A stretch of 64,000 nt of DNA from Rickettsia typhi (GCA_945905715.1 CAMDPW010000002.1:4242-68241); one strand, 5' to 3'; counted from the first letter of the stretch, positions 14,857 to 25,304 are shown. Numbers and translations are program-made. The notes: generated by a model not told the origin, from the sequence alone.

Positions 14857-17391
14857 TTATTGAAAATATAATTTTAAATGATATCTGCCGCTATTAGTTA
14901 TTTGCTCTAAAGCATAATCCTGATCTTTTATAAATTCAATCTCCTTTGTATTGGTCACATTTTTTAAATCCTGCGTTATTTCAGGTAATATGACAGCACC
15001 GTCTTCGTTCACGATCTTTATCACGATCTTCTGTACAGGAGCTTTTAATGACAATTTTCTCTCCGCTTTTATTTTTCTAACAACGTCTAATATTTCTACA
15101 ATATCGTCACCAATTTTTTGTGAATGTTCATTAAAAGCCATTAACTTATAATTTGGCCAATTTCCTTTAGCATGTATAGAATCTCTTTTTGCAAAAACAA
15201 TCGAATATAATTCTTCAGTTATATGAGGTATAAATGGAGCAAATAAGCGCAGCAACATCTCTAAAATAAAAGCAATTGTTGTCTTAGCGCTTTTTTGACC
15301 AGCATAATCTAATTTGTCTGTATTATATATTCTAACTTTAACAATTTCTAGATAATTGTCACAAAAATCTTTCCAAAAAAAATCTTCAATAGCAATTCTT
15401 GCATTAAAATATTCGAATACTTCAAATTCTTCAGTAGACTTCTTTACTGCTTGATGAAATTTTGACAATATCCACAAGTCAAGTTCACGACTCACTTGAC
15501 TTAGATCTAGCTTGCTGCAATCTATATCTTGGATGTTCAATGCTACAAATTTAGAAGCATTCCACAACTTATTAACCAACTTTTTGCCAATTTTAAAAGC
15601 CTCTTCGGAATAAGTAATATCAGCACCTAGCTTTGATGTGGATGCCCAGTACCTTACTACATCTGATCCTTTCTCTTGAATCAATTCAATTGGAGTAATG
15701 ACATTACCCTTAGATTTAGACATTTTAGTTTTATCTGCAGCAAGACACCATCCGCTTAACATTAAGTTTTTCCAGGGAATTATGTTTTCATGGATCAGTG
15801 CTTTAGCTATTGTATAAAAAGTCCACGTTCTAATAATTTCATGAGCCTGAGGTCGCAAATCTGCTGGAAATAATTTACGATGCCGATTTATATCGACAGC
15901 AAAATTATCATTAATAGCATGACTATTAGTCTGAGGTGATACTGCGCTTGTGGCCCAAGTATCCATAACATCCACCTCGCCTACAACCTCGTTCTTAGAA
16001 TAGCCAAATGGAATGTCAATTAAAGGATCTACAGGCAAATCCTCTGGCCTTGGTAGGATGATTTTACCTTCTTCGCCAAATCTTTTGGAATACCATACTG
16101 GAATTGGCACACCAAAAAATCTCTGCCTACTTATACACCAATCCCAATTCAATCCTTCAATCCAATTGTCTAATCTAACTTTCATATATTTCGGAAACCA
16201 ATTACACTGAGCTGATTTCTCAAGTAATTGTTGTTTTTTGTCTAGAATTTTTATAAACCATTGTGGAGTAACCAAAATCTCAAGTGCACTACCAGATCGT
16301 TCTGCGCATTTAACGTTTTTTATGACTTCTTGTTCCGTTTCAATGCAATTAGTTGCGTGTAAAATCTCTACGATTTTCTCTCTAGCATCTTGAACTTTAA
16401 CTCCTTCTAATTGCTGAACAGCTTCATGAAGTAAAACGCTATTTTGAAAGTTAAAATTACTATCAGTCAATTTATCTCGTAGAGACAAGTTGCCAGATTG
16501 ATCTAACACAATCCTAATTGGCAAATTGTAACGTCTCCACCAGTCAACATCGGTAATATCACCAAATGTACAGCACATGACTAAACCAGTTCCTTTTGCT
16601 ATATCAACAGATTGATCAGGGATTATAGGAACAGAAGCGCCGAATATTGGACTAATAGCATTTTTTCCTTTCAAATTTTGATATCTATCATCACGATCAT
16701 TAAAAAAAACGGCTACGCAAGCTGGAATAAGTTCTGGCCTAGTAGTAGCTATTATTAGCGGTTCTAAGTCTTGAGTAAAAAATCTAATGTTATACATTTT
16801 GCCCAAGATTTCGCTATCAACTACATCAGCCTGAGCCAAAGCTGTGTTATCAACAGTATCCCACAATGATGGCTGTAATTTTCGATACACTTCATTCTTA
16901 GAGTGCATATCTAAAAATGATAATTGCGATATCTTGCGAGAACTTGTACTGATAGTTTGATACTTTTGAGACCAGTCAATACTCAAAGCTATACTATTAA
17001 AAAGATTATAAAATTCTTTTTCTGCCTCTTCAATTGTATCATAGCATATTTTTTGAAACTCTGTACGGTCCATATGCACAGCACGAATATTCTTTGCCTT
17101 CTCTACCAAGCGCTCAGTTGGTAAGCCATTATCATCAAAACCCATGGGATAAAAAACATTTTTTCCTTTCATTCTCTGATAACGCGCAACAAAATCTGCC
17201 TGACTATAACTAAATACATGACCCATATGTAATGAGCCAGATACCGTAGGAGGTGGAGTGTCAATTATAAAAGAATCTTCTCTTGATATATTTTCATCCC
17301 ACTTATATAGATCTTGCTCTTGCCAAAGTTTTTGCCATTTTTGTTCGACTTCAATTGGTTTGTATTGGCTAGGAAAATTATTCATGATCAT
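14857..17391 (-). CDS. valS: Valyl-tRNA synthetase, Rickettsia/archaeal-type
   Basis: 844 aa. HIGH-type motif TPPPTVSGSLHMGH and KMSKS motif KMSKSKGN. The N-terminus closely resembles my recollection of Rickettsia ValRS (YPMGFDDNGLPTERLVEK). Confidence 0.93.
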   Translation of the reverse strand: MIMNNFPSQYKPIEVEQKWQKLWQEQDLYKWDENISREDSFIIDTPPPTVSGSLHMGHVFSYSQADFVARYQRMKGKNVFYPMGFDDNGLPTERLVEKAKNIRAVHMDRTEFQKICYDTIEEAEKEFYNLFNSIALSIDWSQKYQTISTSSRKISQLSFLDMHSKNEVYRKLQPSLWDTVDNTALAQADVVDSEILGKMYNIRFFTQDLEPLIIATTRPELIPACVAVFFNDRDDRYQNLKGKNAISPIFGASVPIIPDQSVDIAKGTGLVMCCTFGDITDVDWWRRYNLPIRIVLDQSGNLSLRDKLTDSNFNFQNSVLLHEAVQQLEGVKVQDAREKIVEILHATNCIETEQEVIKNVKCAERSGSALEILVTPQWFIKILDKKQQLLEKSAQCNWFPKYMKVRLDNWIEGLNWDWCISRQRFFGVPIPVWYSKRFGEEGKIILPRPEDLPVDPLIDIPFGYSKNEVVGEVDVMDTWATSAVSPQTNSHAINDNFAVDINRHRKLFPADLRPQAHEIIRTWTFYTIAKALIHENIIPWKNLMLSGWCLAADKTKMSKSKGNVITPIELIQEKGSDVVRYWASTSKLGADITYSEEAFKIGKKLVNKLWNASKFVALNIQDIDCSKLDLSQVSRELDLWILSKFHQAVKKSTEEFEVFEYFNARIAIEDFFWKDFCDNYLEIVKVRIYNTDKLDYAGQKSAKTTIAFILEMLLRLFAPFIPHITEELYSIVFAKRDSIHAKGNWPNYKLMAFNEHSQKIGDDIVEILDVVRKIKAERKLSLKAPVQKIVIKIVNEDGAVILPEITQDLKNVTNTKEIEFIKDQDYALEQITNSGRYHLKLYFQ

Positions 17392-17479
17392 TATTAGTTC
17401 ATTAATTAATGCGCAATCATATTGTTTTATTGGTTTTAAGAATTATAATCAAGTATTTAGTTTGTATCAGCGAATATGA

Positions 17480-18319
17480 ATGCAGCTTAATCAATACTTC
17501 AAACTTATAAGAATACATCAACCAGCAGGTATTTTTCTCTTGCTATGGCCATGTTTATGGGGTGTGGCCCTAGCAAGAGGTGTAAATGATACCGTTTTAA
17601 TAATTTTGTTTATTTTAGGTAGCATCGTTATGCGTGGTGCGGGATGCATTGTAAATGATCTAGTTGATATTGATATAGATAAAAATGTTGCTAGAACTAA
17701 GCATAGACCATTAGCAAGTGGCGTAGTCACTAGGAGTGAAGCTCTACTAATTTTGTGTTTTCTGCTATTAATAGGTGTCTTGATATTACTATACTTCAAT
17801 AAAATTGCTATAATGATTTCACTGTTTTCTATTGTGTTAGCAGCTGTTTATCCGCTTATGAAAAGAATCACTTATTGGCCTCAGTTATTTCTAGGATTCA
17901 CTTTCAATATCGGCATATTAATTGGTTACGCGCAAATTATGACAAAAATTGATATTAATGCATTGTTATTATATATAGCTGGAGTTTTTTGGACTTTAGG
18001 CTATGACACAATTTATGGATATCAAGATATCAAAGATGATTTAAAAATTGGTGTAAAATCCTCATCTATTGCAATAAAAAAATTCCCCAAAAGCATACTA
18101 GCTTTGATATATAGTTTGATGATATTATTTATAATATTAAGTTTAAAAAACAAGCATATTCTTACCTACTGCTTCATGTTTCCTCCTACAGTCATTTTAT
18201 TCTGGCAAGTACTCACCTTAAAAACTGCAAATCCTCAAAATTGTCTAATAAGATTTAAATCTAATATATTTGTAGGATTGCTGATATTTGGCGCATTATT
18301 AGTTGCGCCATTAAGTTAG
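17480..18319 (+). CDS. ubiA: 4-hydroxybenzoate polyprenyltransferase
   Basis: Polytopic. Asp-rich motif NDLVDIDIDKNVARTKHRPLASG and second motif YGYQDIKDD. Confidence 0.9.
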   Translation: MQLNQYFKLIRIHQPAGIFLLLWPCLWGVALARGVNDTVLIILFILGSIVMRGAGCIVNDLVDIDIDKNVARTKHRPLASGVVTRSEALLILCFLLLIGVLILLYFNKIAIMISLFSIVLAAVYPLMKRITYWPQLFLGFTFNIGILIGYAQIMTKIDINALLLYIAGVFWTLGYDTIYGYQDIKDDLKIGVKSSSIAIKKFPKSILALIYSLMILFIILSLKNKHILTYCFMFPPTVILFWQVLTLKTANPQNCLIRFKSNIFVGLLIFGALLVAPLS

Positions 18320-18454
18320 GGACTATGATTCATAGCGCTACACCATCCTAAGATTAGTAAGAAATTTGTAAATGTTTTATATAAATTGATGACAAGAAAA
18401 AATACTCTGTGTGCAGTAAATACTGTGTTGCAATTGTTTACTAGGAAGATAAAT

Positions 18455-20275
18455 TTATGCGTATATTTCATCAATTTCTTGATCTGGCAAGAAACCATTA
18501 GTCTGCATTTTCCATAATTTGGCGTAATACCCGCCTTTGACAAGTAATTGTTCGTGAGACCCATCTTCTATAATTTGTCCTTTTTTGAATACCAAAATTC
18601 TATCTACATTTACTAAAGTAGAAAGTCTATGAGCTATAATTAAAGTAGTTTTTTCTTTCATTAATTTATCCAAAGCTTTTTGGATTTTCTTTTCAGTAAT
18701 CGAATCTAATGAGCTTGTCGCCTCATCAAGAATGAGTATTTTTGAATTTTCTAAAAAAGCACGTGCTATAGCAATTCTTTGTCTTTGTCCTCCAGATAAT
18801 TTAGCGCCTCTGTCGCCAACTACTGTTATATAGCCGGCAGATAATTTCTTAATGAAATCGTGGCAATGCGCTAGTATAGAAGCATTGAGTACTTCTCTTT
18901 TAGTAGCATTTTCTTTACCGTAACTTATATTATCATACACATTTCGATGAAATAATGTCGTGTCTTGAGGTACAACTGATATTTGTGAACGCAATGAAGA
19001 CTGAGTAACTGTAGCAATATTGCATCCATCTATCAAGATCTCCCCTGCATTAATATCAAAATATCGTAAAATCAAATTCACAAAAGTAGTTTTACCTGAA
19101 CCAGAAGTGCCCACCAATCCTGTTTTGCTGCCAGGCTTAATTGTAATTGAAGTATCATCAAAAACATTATTGTTTTCACTATACTGAAAAGTAACATTTT
19201 TAAATACTATTTCGCCATTTTTAACTTTTAGTATCTTGGAATTTTTTGTATTGACAGTGTCATATGGAATTAATACAGAATCAATTGCTTGCTTACATTT
19301 TCCTATATCTTTTGTTAATGTTACAATAGATTGCAGTAAAATAAAAAGATTTTCTATGACTGATGCTGACAAAGTCAGAACTAAAGCAAAGTCTCCGACA
19401 CTAACAAAATGATGCTGTCTAGCATAAATTAACGTAAGCAGCATGGTTACTAATAATACGACTCCTAAAAAACCAAATATTGCTTTAATTTTTAACAACT
19501 GCCATTGCATATTACGATCAGCATGGACGGTATCTTGTAGATATCTACTGAGAATTTTTGTTTCATAACTATGCCTTGCAAATAATCTAATTGCACTAAC
19601 ATTCGTAAGCATGTCAACTAGACATCCCATAAGACGACTTTTACTCTCTGAAAATTTTTTAGACTGAACAATAGCATGAAAAGACAATTTATAATTAGCA
19701 AGAAAATATACTGCTACCCAGACTAACATGATTAAAGCAAATATTGAATGTACCGAAAATAGTATGCCTAAAGTAATTAATAGCAAACAAATGTTTGGTA
19801 TGCACATCCAAAGCGTAAATTGAATTATAGAATCTACACCTTGTGACATATCGCCTATTTTATTCGAAATATTACCTGCAAAATTATCCTGAAAAAATTT
19901 AACCGAATGGTGCTGCACATAACTAAAAATTTGGTACCAAATATCAGATAGTATTAGTGGCATGACTTTAAGTATAATATAGTCATATACCCTATATAAA
20001 AGTGACATGATGATCTCTAAAGCAACATATAAAGCAGCTGGCAAGGTAAGTAATGCTATGATGTTAGTAGCGTCTGGATTCTCTGTTATCCGATCAATAA
20101 CGACCTTTAATATATAAGGACGCGTAGTAATCTCTATAGCCCAACAGAGCGAAATGAATGCTAATGTAGCAATATTAGCTTTATAGTTCTTACTAAAATG
20201 CCAAATAAAGCTGAACAAATCTCTCGGTATTTGTATTTTTTTATTTTCTATGGTAGTATTCGTACTGTATTTCAT
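18455..20275 (-). CDS. ABC exporter, fused permease/ATPase (MsbA/multidrug-type)
   Basis: 606 aa. Six-TM N-terminal half, Walker A GTSGSGKTT, signature LSGGQRQR, Walker B ILILDEATS. Confidence 0.88.
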   Translation of the reverse strand: MKYSTNTTIENKKIQIPRDLFSFIWHFSKNYKANIATLAFISLCWAIEITTRPYILKVVIDRITENPDATNIIALLTLPAALYVALEIIMSLLYRVYDYIILKVMPLILSDIWYQIFSYVQHHSVKFFQDNFAGNISNKIGDMSQGVDSIIQFTLWMCIPNICLLLITLGILFSVHSIFALIMLVWVAVYFLANYKLSFHAIVQSKKFSESKSRLMGCLVDMLTNVSAIRLFARHSYETKILSRYLQDTVHADRNMQWQLLKIKAIFGFLGVVLLVTMLLTLIYARQHHFVSVGDFALVLTLSASVIENLFILLQSIVTLTKDIGKCKQAIDSVLIPYDTVNTKNSKILKVKNGEIVFKNVTFQYSENNNVFDDTSITIKPGSKTGLVGTSGSGKTTFVNLILRYFDINAGEILIDGCNIATVTQSSLRSQISVVPQDTTLFHRNVYDNISYGKENATKREVLNASILAHCHDFIKKLSAGYITVVGDRGAKLSGGQRQRIAIARAFLENSKILILDEATSSLDSITEKKIQKALDKLMKEKTTLIIAHRLSTLVNVDRILVFKKGQIIEDGSHEQLLVKGGYYAKLWKMQTNGFLPDQEIDEIYA

Positions 20276-20423
20276 GTATTAATTATAATATAAAATTATG
20301 AAATTTATTAATGCTAAACATTTAGAAGTATAATCTAATTGTAACTTTCGCATAGAAATTTTACTAATAACTGATATACTTTGCACTAAAATCTTATACA
20401 CAATATATTTTTATCTAGGTTTT

Positions 20424-21191
20424 ATGTCAGTTTCAAGAAGAATTACAGCTATCATATTTTGCTTAATATTACTTACTTCAACAGCGTGTTCTCATAAAAA
20501 AAATCAAGAAGAACCAGAAGACACTAGAACTGCTGAGCAAATCTACAAAGATGGATTGCAAGCTATGCATGATAAGAATTTTAAAACTTCAGCAGAGCTT
20601 TTCTCCAAGGTAGCGTACGAGTTTCCATATCAAGATTTAGCCTCGAGGGCGCACATAATGGAAATTTATTCTTATTATGCAACTGGAGATTATGATAGCG
20701 TGATAATCGCTGTTGAAAATTATATAAAAATTTTTCCAGCAAGCACAGATATACCATATGTTTATTACTTGCGAGCATTGGCTTGCTATGAACAGATAGA
20801 CTCTCCTACGCGTGATCAAAGCATCACTATTGATGCCAAAGAAGCCTTTGAAACATTAATAGCTAGATTTCCGAATACTTCTTATGCTAAAGATGGAAGA
20901 ATAAAACTCGATTTAATTAACGACCACTTAGCTGCTCAAGAGATGATAATTGGTCGTTATTACTTACACTCAGGAAATCTGATTTCTGCAATCAATAGAT
21001 TTAAGATAGTAGTTGAGAAATATGCAACAACCACTCATATACAAGAAGCATTATATCGTTTAACAGAGGCTTATTTATTCCTTGGTCTATTTGACGAAGC
21101 TAGAAACAATGCGGCTGTCTTAGGCTATAACTACCCTAAAAGCTCTTGGTATAAAAATGCTTATAAATTGATAAACAATAAAATTACATAA
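20424..21191 (+). CDS. bamD: Outer membrane protein assembly factor BamD (YfiO-like TPR lipoprotein)
   Basis: Lipobox LLTSTACS, TPR-like repeats, and the typical AEQIYKDGLQAMHDKNFKTSAELF opening. Confidence 0.8.
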   Translation: MSVSRRITAIIFCLILLTSTACSHKKNQEEPEDTRTAEQIYKDGLQAMHDKNFKTSAELFSKVAYEFPYQDLASRAHIMEIYSYYATGDYDSVIIAVENYIKIFPASTDIPYVYYLRALACYEQIDSPTRDQSITIDAKEAFETLIARFPNTSYAKDGRIKLDLINDHLAAQEMIIGRYYLHSGNLISAINRFKIVVEKYATTTHIQEALYRLTEAYLFLGLFDEARNNAAVLGYNYPKSSWYKNAYKLINNKIT

Positions 21192-22144
21192 TGATATTAA
21201 AAATTAGTGTCATTATTACCGTATACAATAAAGCTCAGTTCCTGCCAGGGGTAATAAAATCCTTAATTAATCAAACTATAGCTCCTCAAATGGAGTTCAT
21301 TTTTGTTGACGATGCTTCAACAGACAATTCAATTGAGATAATCAAGCAAAATACAAGTAAAATTCAGAATATACAAATTATTAAAAGCGAGCAAAATTTA
21401 GGACCAAGCATAAGACTTAATCAAGGAGCAAAAAAAGCTAGTGGAGAATATTTACTGCTAATGGATGGAGATGATGTACTCTTTAACAATGCAGCTGAAA
21501 TTATGCTAAATCTTATTGAAAATAAAAGAGCAGATTTTATCTATGGTAAAAGAAAAAAACTAGAAACCACCCAAAATATATCTATCGTAGAAAAAATAGA
21601 ATTTGTATTATCAAATGAGCCTCTCTATTACATTTTAACAAATAAAAATCTGGTCAACATGTCTTCTTTGGTTAGGTATGATTTATTTAAAAAAGCTGAA
21701 GGATGTGATGAAAGGATTTTTATTCAAGACGAATCATTACCTCTTAGGCTAGCGCTTAATGCCAAGAGATTTATTGATTTAAAAAATGCTGTTATAGGAA
21801 TCATGCCTGAAGGCAATAAGCATTCTTATAAAAGACTTTCAAAGAACTTAAGTCAGCAATTTCATGATCGTTTTCTTGCATACTATAACTTCATTAATGA
21901 TAATTACGATAAAATTGATAGGTATCAAAATTTATTATTTAATAGATGTGTATCCACTATGTGGAAACATGCGCAAGAACAGCAAGCATTTCCTTATTTA
22001 TCCAAATATTTCTGGTATTATATACTCTCTAAGATATACCCCCGTCTACAAAATAAAGAAACTATCGAAAAAATTAATCACGAATTCTCTAAAGTCGCTA
22101 ATATTAGAAGAATGAAAGAGAGTGGTGCCGGATGTCGGATTTGA
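21191..22144 (+). CDS. Family 2 glycosyltransferase
   Basis: N-terminal GT-A fold motifs: ISVIITVYNKAQFL, FVDDASTDNS, LMDGDD. The start overlaps the bamD stop (TAATG). The 3' end overlaps tRNA-Thr on the other strand. Confidence 0.8.
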   Translation: MILKISVIITVYNKAQFLPGVIKSLINQTIAPQMEFIFVDDASTDNSIEIIKQNTSKIQNIQIIKSEQNLGPSIRLNQGAKKASGEYLLLMDGDDVLFNNAAEIMLNLIENKRADFIYGKRKKLETTQNISIVEKIEFVLSNEPLYYILTNKNLVNMSSLVRYDLFKKAEGCDERIFIQDESLPLRLALNAKRFIDLKNAVIGIMPEGNKHSYKRLSKNLSQQFHDRFLAYYNFINDNYDKIDRYQNLLFNRCVSTMWKHAQEQQAFPYLSKYFWYYILSKIYPRLQNKETIEKINHEFSKVANIRRMKESGAGCRI

Positions 22145-22197
22145 ACTGACGACCTACCGCTTACAAGGCGGTTGCTCTACCCCTGAGCTAATCCGGC
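22123..22197 (-). tRNA. tRNA-Thr (anticodon UGU), CCA encoded
   Basis: Reverse complement reads GCCGGAT TA GCTC AGGGGTA GAGC A ACCGC CTTGTAA GCGGT AGGTC GTCAG TTCAAAT CCGAC ATCCGGC A CCA. This folds as a cloverleaf with one A-C mismatch in the T stem. Confidence 0.9.
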
Positions 22198-22248
22198 TTT
22201 GATTTTATCAAATCAATACAAAGAGATTTGTATTACTTAGACAATTGC

Positions 22249-22680
22249 TTAGTGATTTTTAGTTACTTCGTCGTAATTAAAAAATAAACTAATTTCTCTT
22301 CTTGCAGATTCTGGGCTATCTGAACCATGCACAGAATTTCTTTCAACTGACTCGCCAAATTTCTCCCTAATGGTTCCTAGATCGGCATTATCTGGATTAG
22401 TTGCGCCCATTATTTTTCTGTTTTGTGCAATTGCATCCTTACCTGTCAGAACTTGTACCACAACAGGACCAGACGTCATGTACTCAACTAAACCACTAAA
22501 GAACGGTCTATCCTTATGTTCTGCATAGAAAGCCTCTGCCTGCTCACTAGTTAAAATTATCTCTTTCTGAGCTACGACTTTTAAGTTGCCATTAGTAAAT
22601 AGTTGATTAATTTCGTTAGTAAGATTACGACTAGTCGCATCTGGTTTTATAATTGATAATGTGTATTCTTGCTGATTCAT
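22249..22680 (-). CDS. ndk: Nucleoside diphosphate kinase (core). The frame stays open upstream to 22809.
   Basis: Core begins [15 protein letters not shown] and carries the active-site NSVHGSD. The upstream in-frame 43 codons include a hydrophobic helix (see findings). Confidence 0.9.
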   Translation of the reverse strand: MNQQEYTLSIIKPDATSRNLTNEINQLFTNGNLKVVAQKEIILTSEQAEAFYAEHKDRPFFSGLVEYMTSGPVVVQVLTGKDAIAQNRKIMGATNPDNADLGTIREKFGESVERNSVHGSDSPESARREISLFFNYDEVTKNH

Positions 22681-22914
22681 AAATTTGTTTTTAACCCATA
22701 CAGAAATTAATAATATCACTACTACGTAAATTATATATTTAAAATTTTTGTTCATTCTTCCACGTAATTTATTATGCGTGGAGATTATTTGATATTTATT
22801 TTTAGTCAAGTATTTTTTAAAGAAGCTGGTTTATTATAGATAATTTTTTAATATTCAACTTTACTTGTTTAATGAAATCATATAGAAAGTAAACTCTAGA
22901 TTCTAGCTTATTAA

Positions 22915-22991
22915 GGGGGTGTAGTTCAGTTGGTTAGAACGCCTGCCTGTCACGCAGGAGGTCGCGGGTTCGAGTCCCGTCGCTCCCGCCA
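22915..22991 (+). tRNA. tRNA-Asp (anticodon GUC), CCA encoded
   Basis: GGGGGTG TA GTTC AGTTGGTTA GAAC G CCTGC CTGTCAC GCAGG AGGTC GCGGG TTCGAGT CCCGT CGCTCCC G CCA. Confidence 0.93.
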
Positions 22992-23033
22992 CTTAAATGA
23001 GAAGTTGAAGATAAGTAAATTAGAGCGTGTAGT

Positions 23034-25304
23034 ATGAAATTTAAGAGTGCAATAAATTGGCTTGACGGTTATGTACTACAAAACTCTATTTTTAAAAAAA
23101 CAAAACAGCTTATTGACAGCATATCCTTAAGAGTTACAATTTTAACCATTAGAACTCTTAAATATTTTGTTATTACATCCTCTATGTATGTATTTGGAAT
23201 ATTAAGCTTTGATCATAACGCCATCGGCTTAGACAAGGAAAGTAACATGAATCTTGGTAATCCACCAATTGCAAAAAAAATATCTCATAAAATCAATATA
23301 CACAATCAAGAACTTTCTGATGATTATTTTTGGTTGCGTGATCAAAAATGGCCAAATGTAGAAAATAAAGAAATTTTAGCTTATCTGAAGTACGAAAATG
23401 AATACACCGAAAAATATTTCAAGCCGCTAAAAAGTACAGTAGAGAATTTGTATAATGAAATAATCGGTAGAATAAAATTAGCGGACAGGTCAGTGCCGGT
23501 TAAAAATTCAGATAATTACTATTATTTTAGAATCACCGAAGAAACCTCTGACTATCCAATTTATGTTAGAAAGCAATTAAACAACAAAGAAGAAACTATT
23601 CTAGATCAAAATCAAGAAGCAAAAGGACATAAATTTTTTAAAATAGGAGCTTTATCTGTCAGTTCAGATGGAAAGTTATTAGCTTACTCAGAAGATACCA
23701 GCGGCAATGAGAATTTTACAATTAAAGTTAAAGACCTACGCACAAAAAAGATATTATCAGATACTATTAAAGATAGTATTAGCAGTATAGTGTGGGACAA
23801 AAACAACCGTGGCTTTTACTATATAAAAGTTGATGATAAATGGCGAAAAAACAAAATCTATTATCATGCTCTTGAAAGCGCACAAGAGCAAGACACGCTA
23901 ATTTATGAAGAAAAAGATCCTACCTTTAGTGTAGATCTTAGCAAGTCTTCAAGCGAAGAATATATTTTTGTATGTACATCTAGCAACAATAGTAGTGAGG
24001 TAAGGTTTATTAAGGCTAACGACTCGTTACATCAATTGCAACTACTGATAGAAAGACGCGAAGATCATCTGTATAGCGTTGATCAAATACATAATGATTT
24101 TTATATTCACACTAATGATATGGGGAAAAATTTTCGCTTGGTAAGATTGTCTATAAAAGATTACAAATCACAAGAATTCATAGAAGTTATTCCGCATTCA
24201 GCAGATATATATTTAGTAGGATTTAACTTATATAACGATAATCTAGTCATAACAACTAAGGAGTTGGGATTACCAAAAATAACCATTTTAAACTATGATT
24301 TACTGCATAAGAATGCTATTTCTTTTCCTGACCCTACTTACACGGCAAGTGTGATATATTCTTGCGCCGATGATAAAGGCGCACTAGTGAGTTACAGCTC
24401 GCTCAATACTCCTACCACAGTATTTAAGTATAATTTTGACTCTAAAAAACTTACAACCTTAAAGACTCAAGAAATTCCAAGCGGATACGATAAAAATCTC
24501 TATGAATCTCAGAGATTAATGGCAACCGCCAATGATGGAGTAAAAGTCCCTATATCTCTTGTGTACAAAAAAGACCTACTAAAAAAAGATGGCTCTAATC
24601 CCCTATATTTATATGGTTATGGTTCTTACGGCATTGCTATTCCGCCGAGTTTTAATAGCAACATGATCTCTTTACTTGATGCAGGCTTTGTATATGCTAT
24701 CGCTCACATACGTGGAGGCGATGATCTCGGCTTCGAATGGTATGAGTCAGCTAAGTTTATGAACAAAAAAAGAACTTTTAGTGACTATATCGCAGTGGCT
24801 GATTATCTAGTAAAGCAAAAATATACGCACGCTGGTAATATTGCCATACAAGGTGGCAGCGCTGGCGGCATGTTAATTGGGGTTGCTATTAATGAACGTC
24901 CTGAGTTATTTAAAACTGCTATTGCAGACGTGCCTTTTGTTGATGTACTAAATACCATGCTAGATGATTCCTTGCCACTCACGCCTGGAGAGTTCAAGGA
25001 ATGGGGAAACCCTTTACAAGAAGAATATTTTGATTATATTAAGTCATACTCTCCATACGACAATATAAAAGAACAAGAATATCCAGCTTTATATGTACTA
25101 GCAGGCCTAAATGATCCAAGGGTGACATACTGGGAACCAGCAAAATTTGTAGCAAAACTAAGAGCTCGTAAGAAAGATAAGAATATTCTGTTATTAGAAA
25201 CAGAAATGAATGCTGGTCATGGTGGTAAATCCAGTAGATTTGATCGTATTAAAGAAATTGCTAGAGAATACGCATTTATTTTGCATGAGTTTGGATTAAA
25301 ATAA
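23034..25304 (+). CDS. ptrB: Oligopeptidase B / protease II (S9 prolyl oligopeptidase family)
   Basis: N-terminal DDYFWLRD, catalytic GGSAGGML, and C-terminal D...GH (NAGHGG). The conserved core starts at Met72 (ATG 23247). A 71-codon open extension with a hydrophobic stretch precedes it. Confidence 0.9.
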   Translation: MKFKSAINWLDGYVLQNSIFKKTKQLIDSISLRVTILTIRTLKYFVITSSMYVFGILSFDHNAIGLDKESNMNLGNPPIAKKISHKINIHNQELSDDYFWLRDQKWPNVENKEILAYLKYENEYTEKYFKPLKSTVENLYNEIIGRIKLADRSVPVKNSDNYYYFRITEETSDYPIYVRKQLNNKEETILDQNQEAKGHKFFKIGALSVSSDGKLLAYSEDTSGNENFTIKVKDLRTKKILSDTIKDSISSIVWDKNNRGFYYIKVDDKWRKNKIYYHALESAQEQDTLIYEEKDPTFSVDLSKSSSEEYIFVCTSSNNSSEVRFIKANDSLHQLQLLIERREDHLYSVDQIHNDFYIHTNDMGKNFRLVRLSIKDYKSQEFIEVIPHSADIYLVGFNLYNDNLVITTKELGLPKITILNYDLLHKNAISFPDPTYTASVIYSCADDKGALVSYSSLNTPTTVFKYNFDSKKLTTLKTQEIPSGYDKNLYESQRLMATANDGVKVPISLVYKKDLLKKDGSNPLYLYGYGSYGIAIPPSFNSNMISLLDAGFVYAIAHIRGGDDLGFEWYESAKFMNKKRTFSDYIAVADYLVKQKYTHAGNIAIQGGSAGGMLIGVAINERPELFKTAIADVPFVDVLNTMLDDSLPLTPGEFKEWGNPLQEEYFDYIKSYSPYDNIKEQEYPALYVLAGLNDPRVTYWEPAKFVAKLRARKKDKNILLLETEMNAGHGGKSSRFDRIKEIAREYAFILHEFGLK

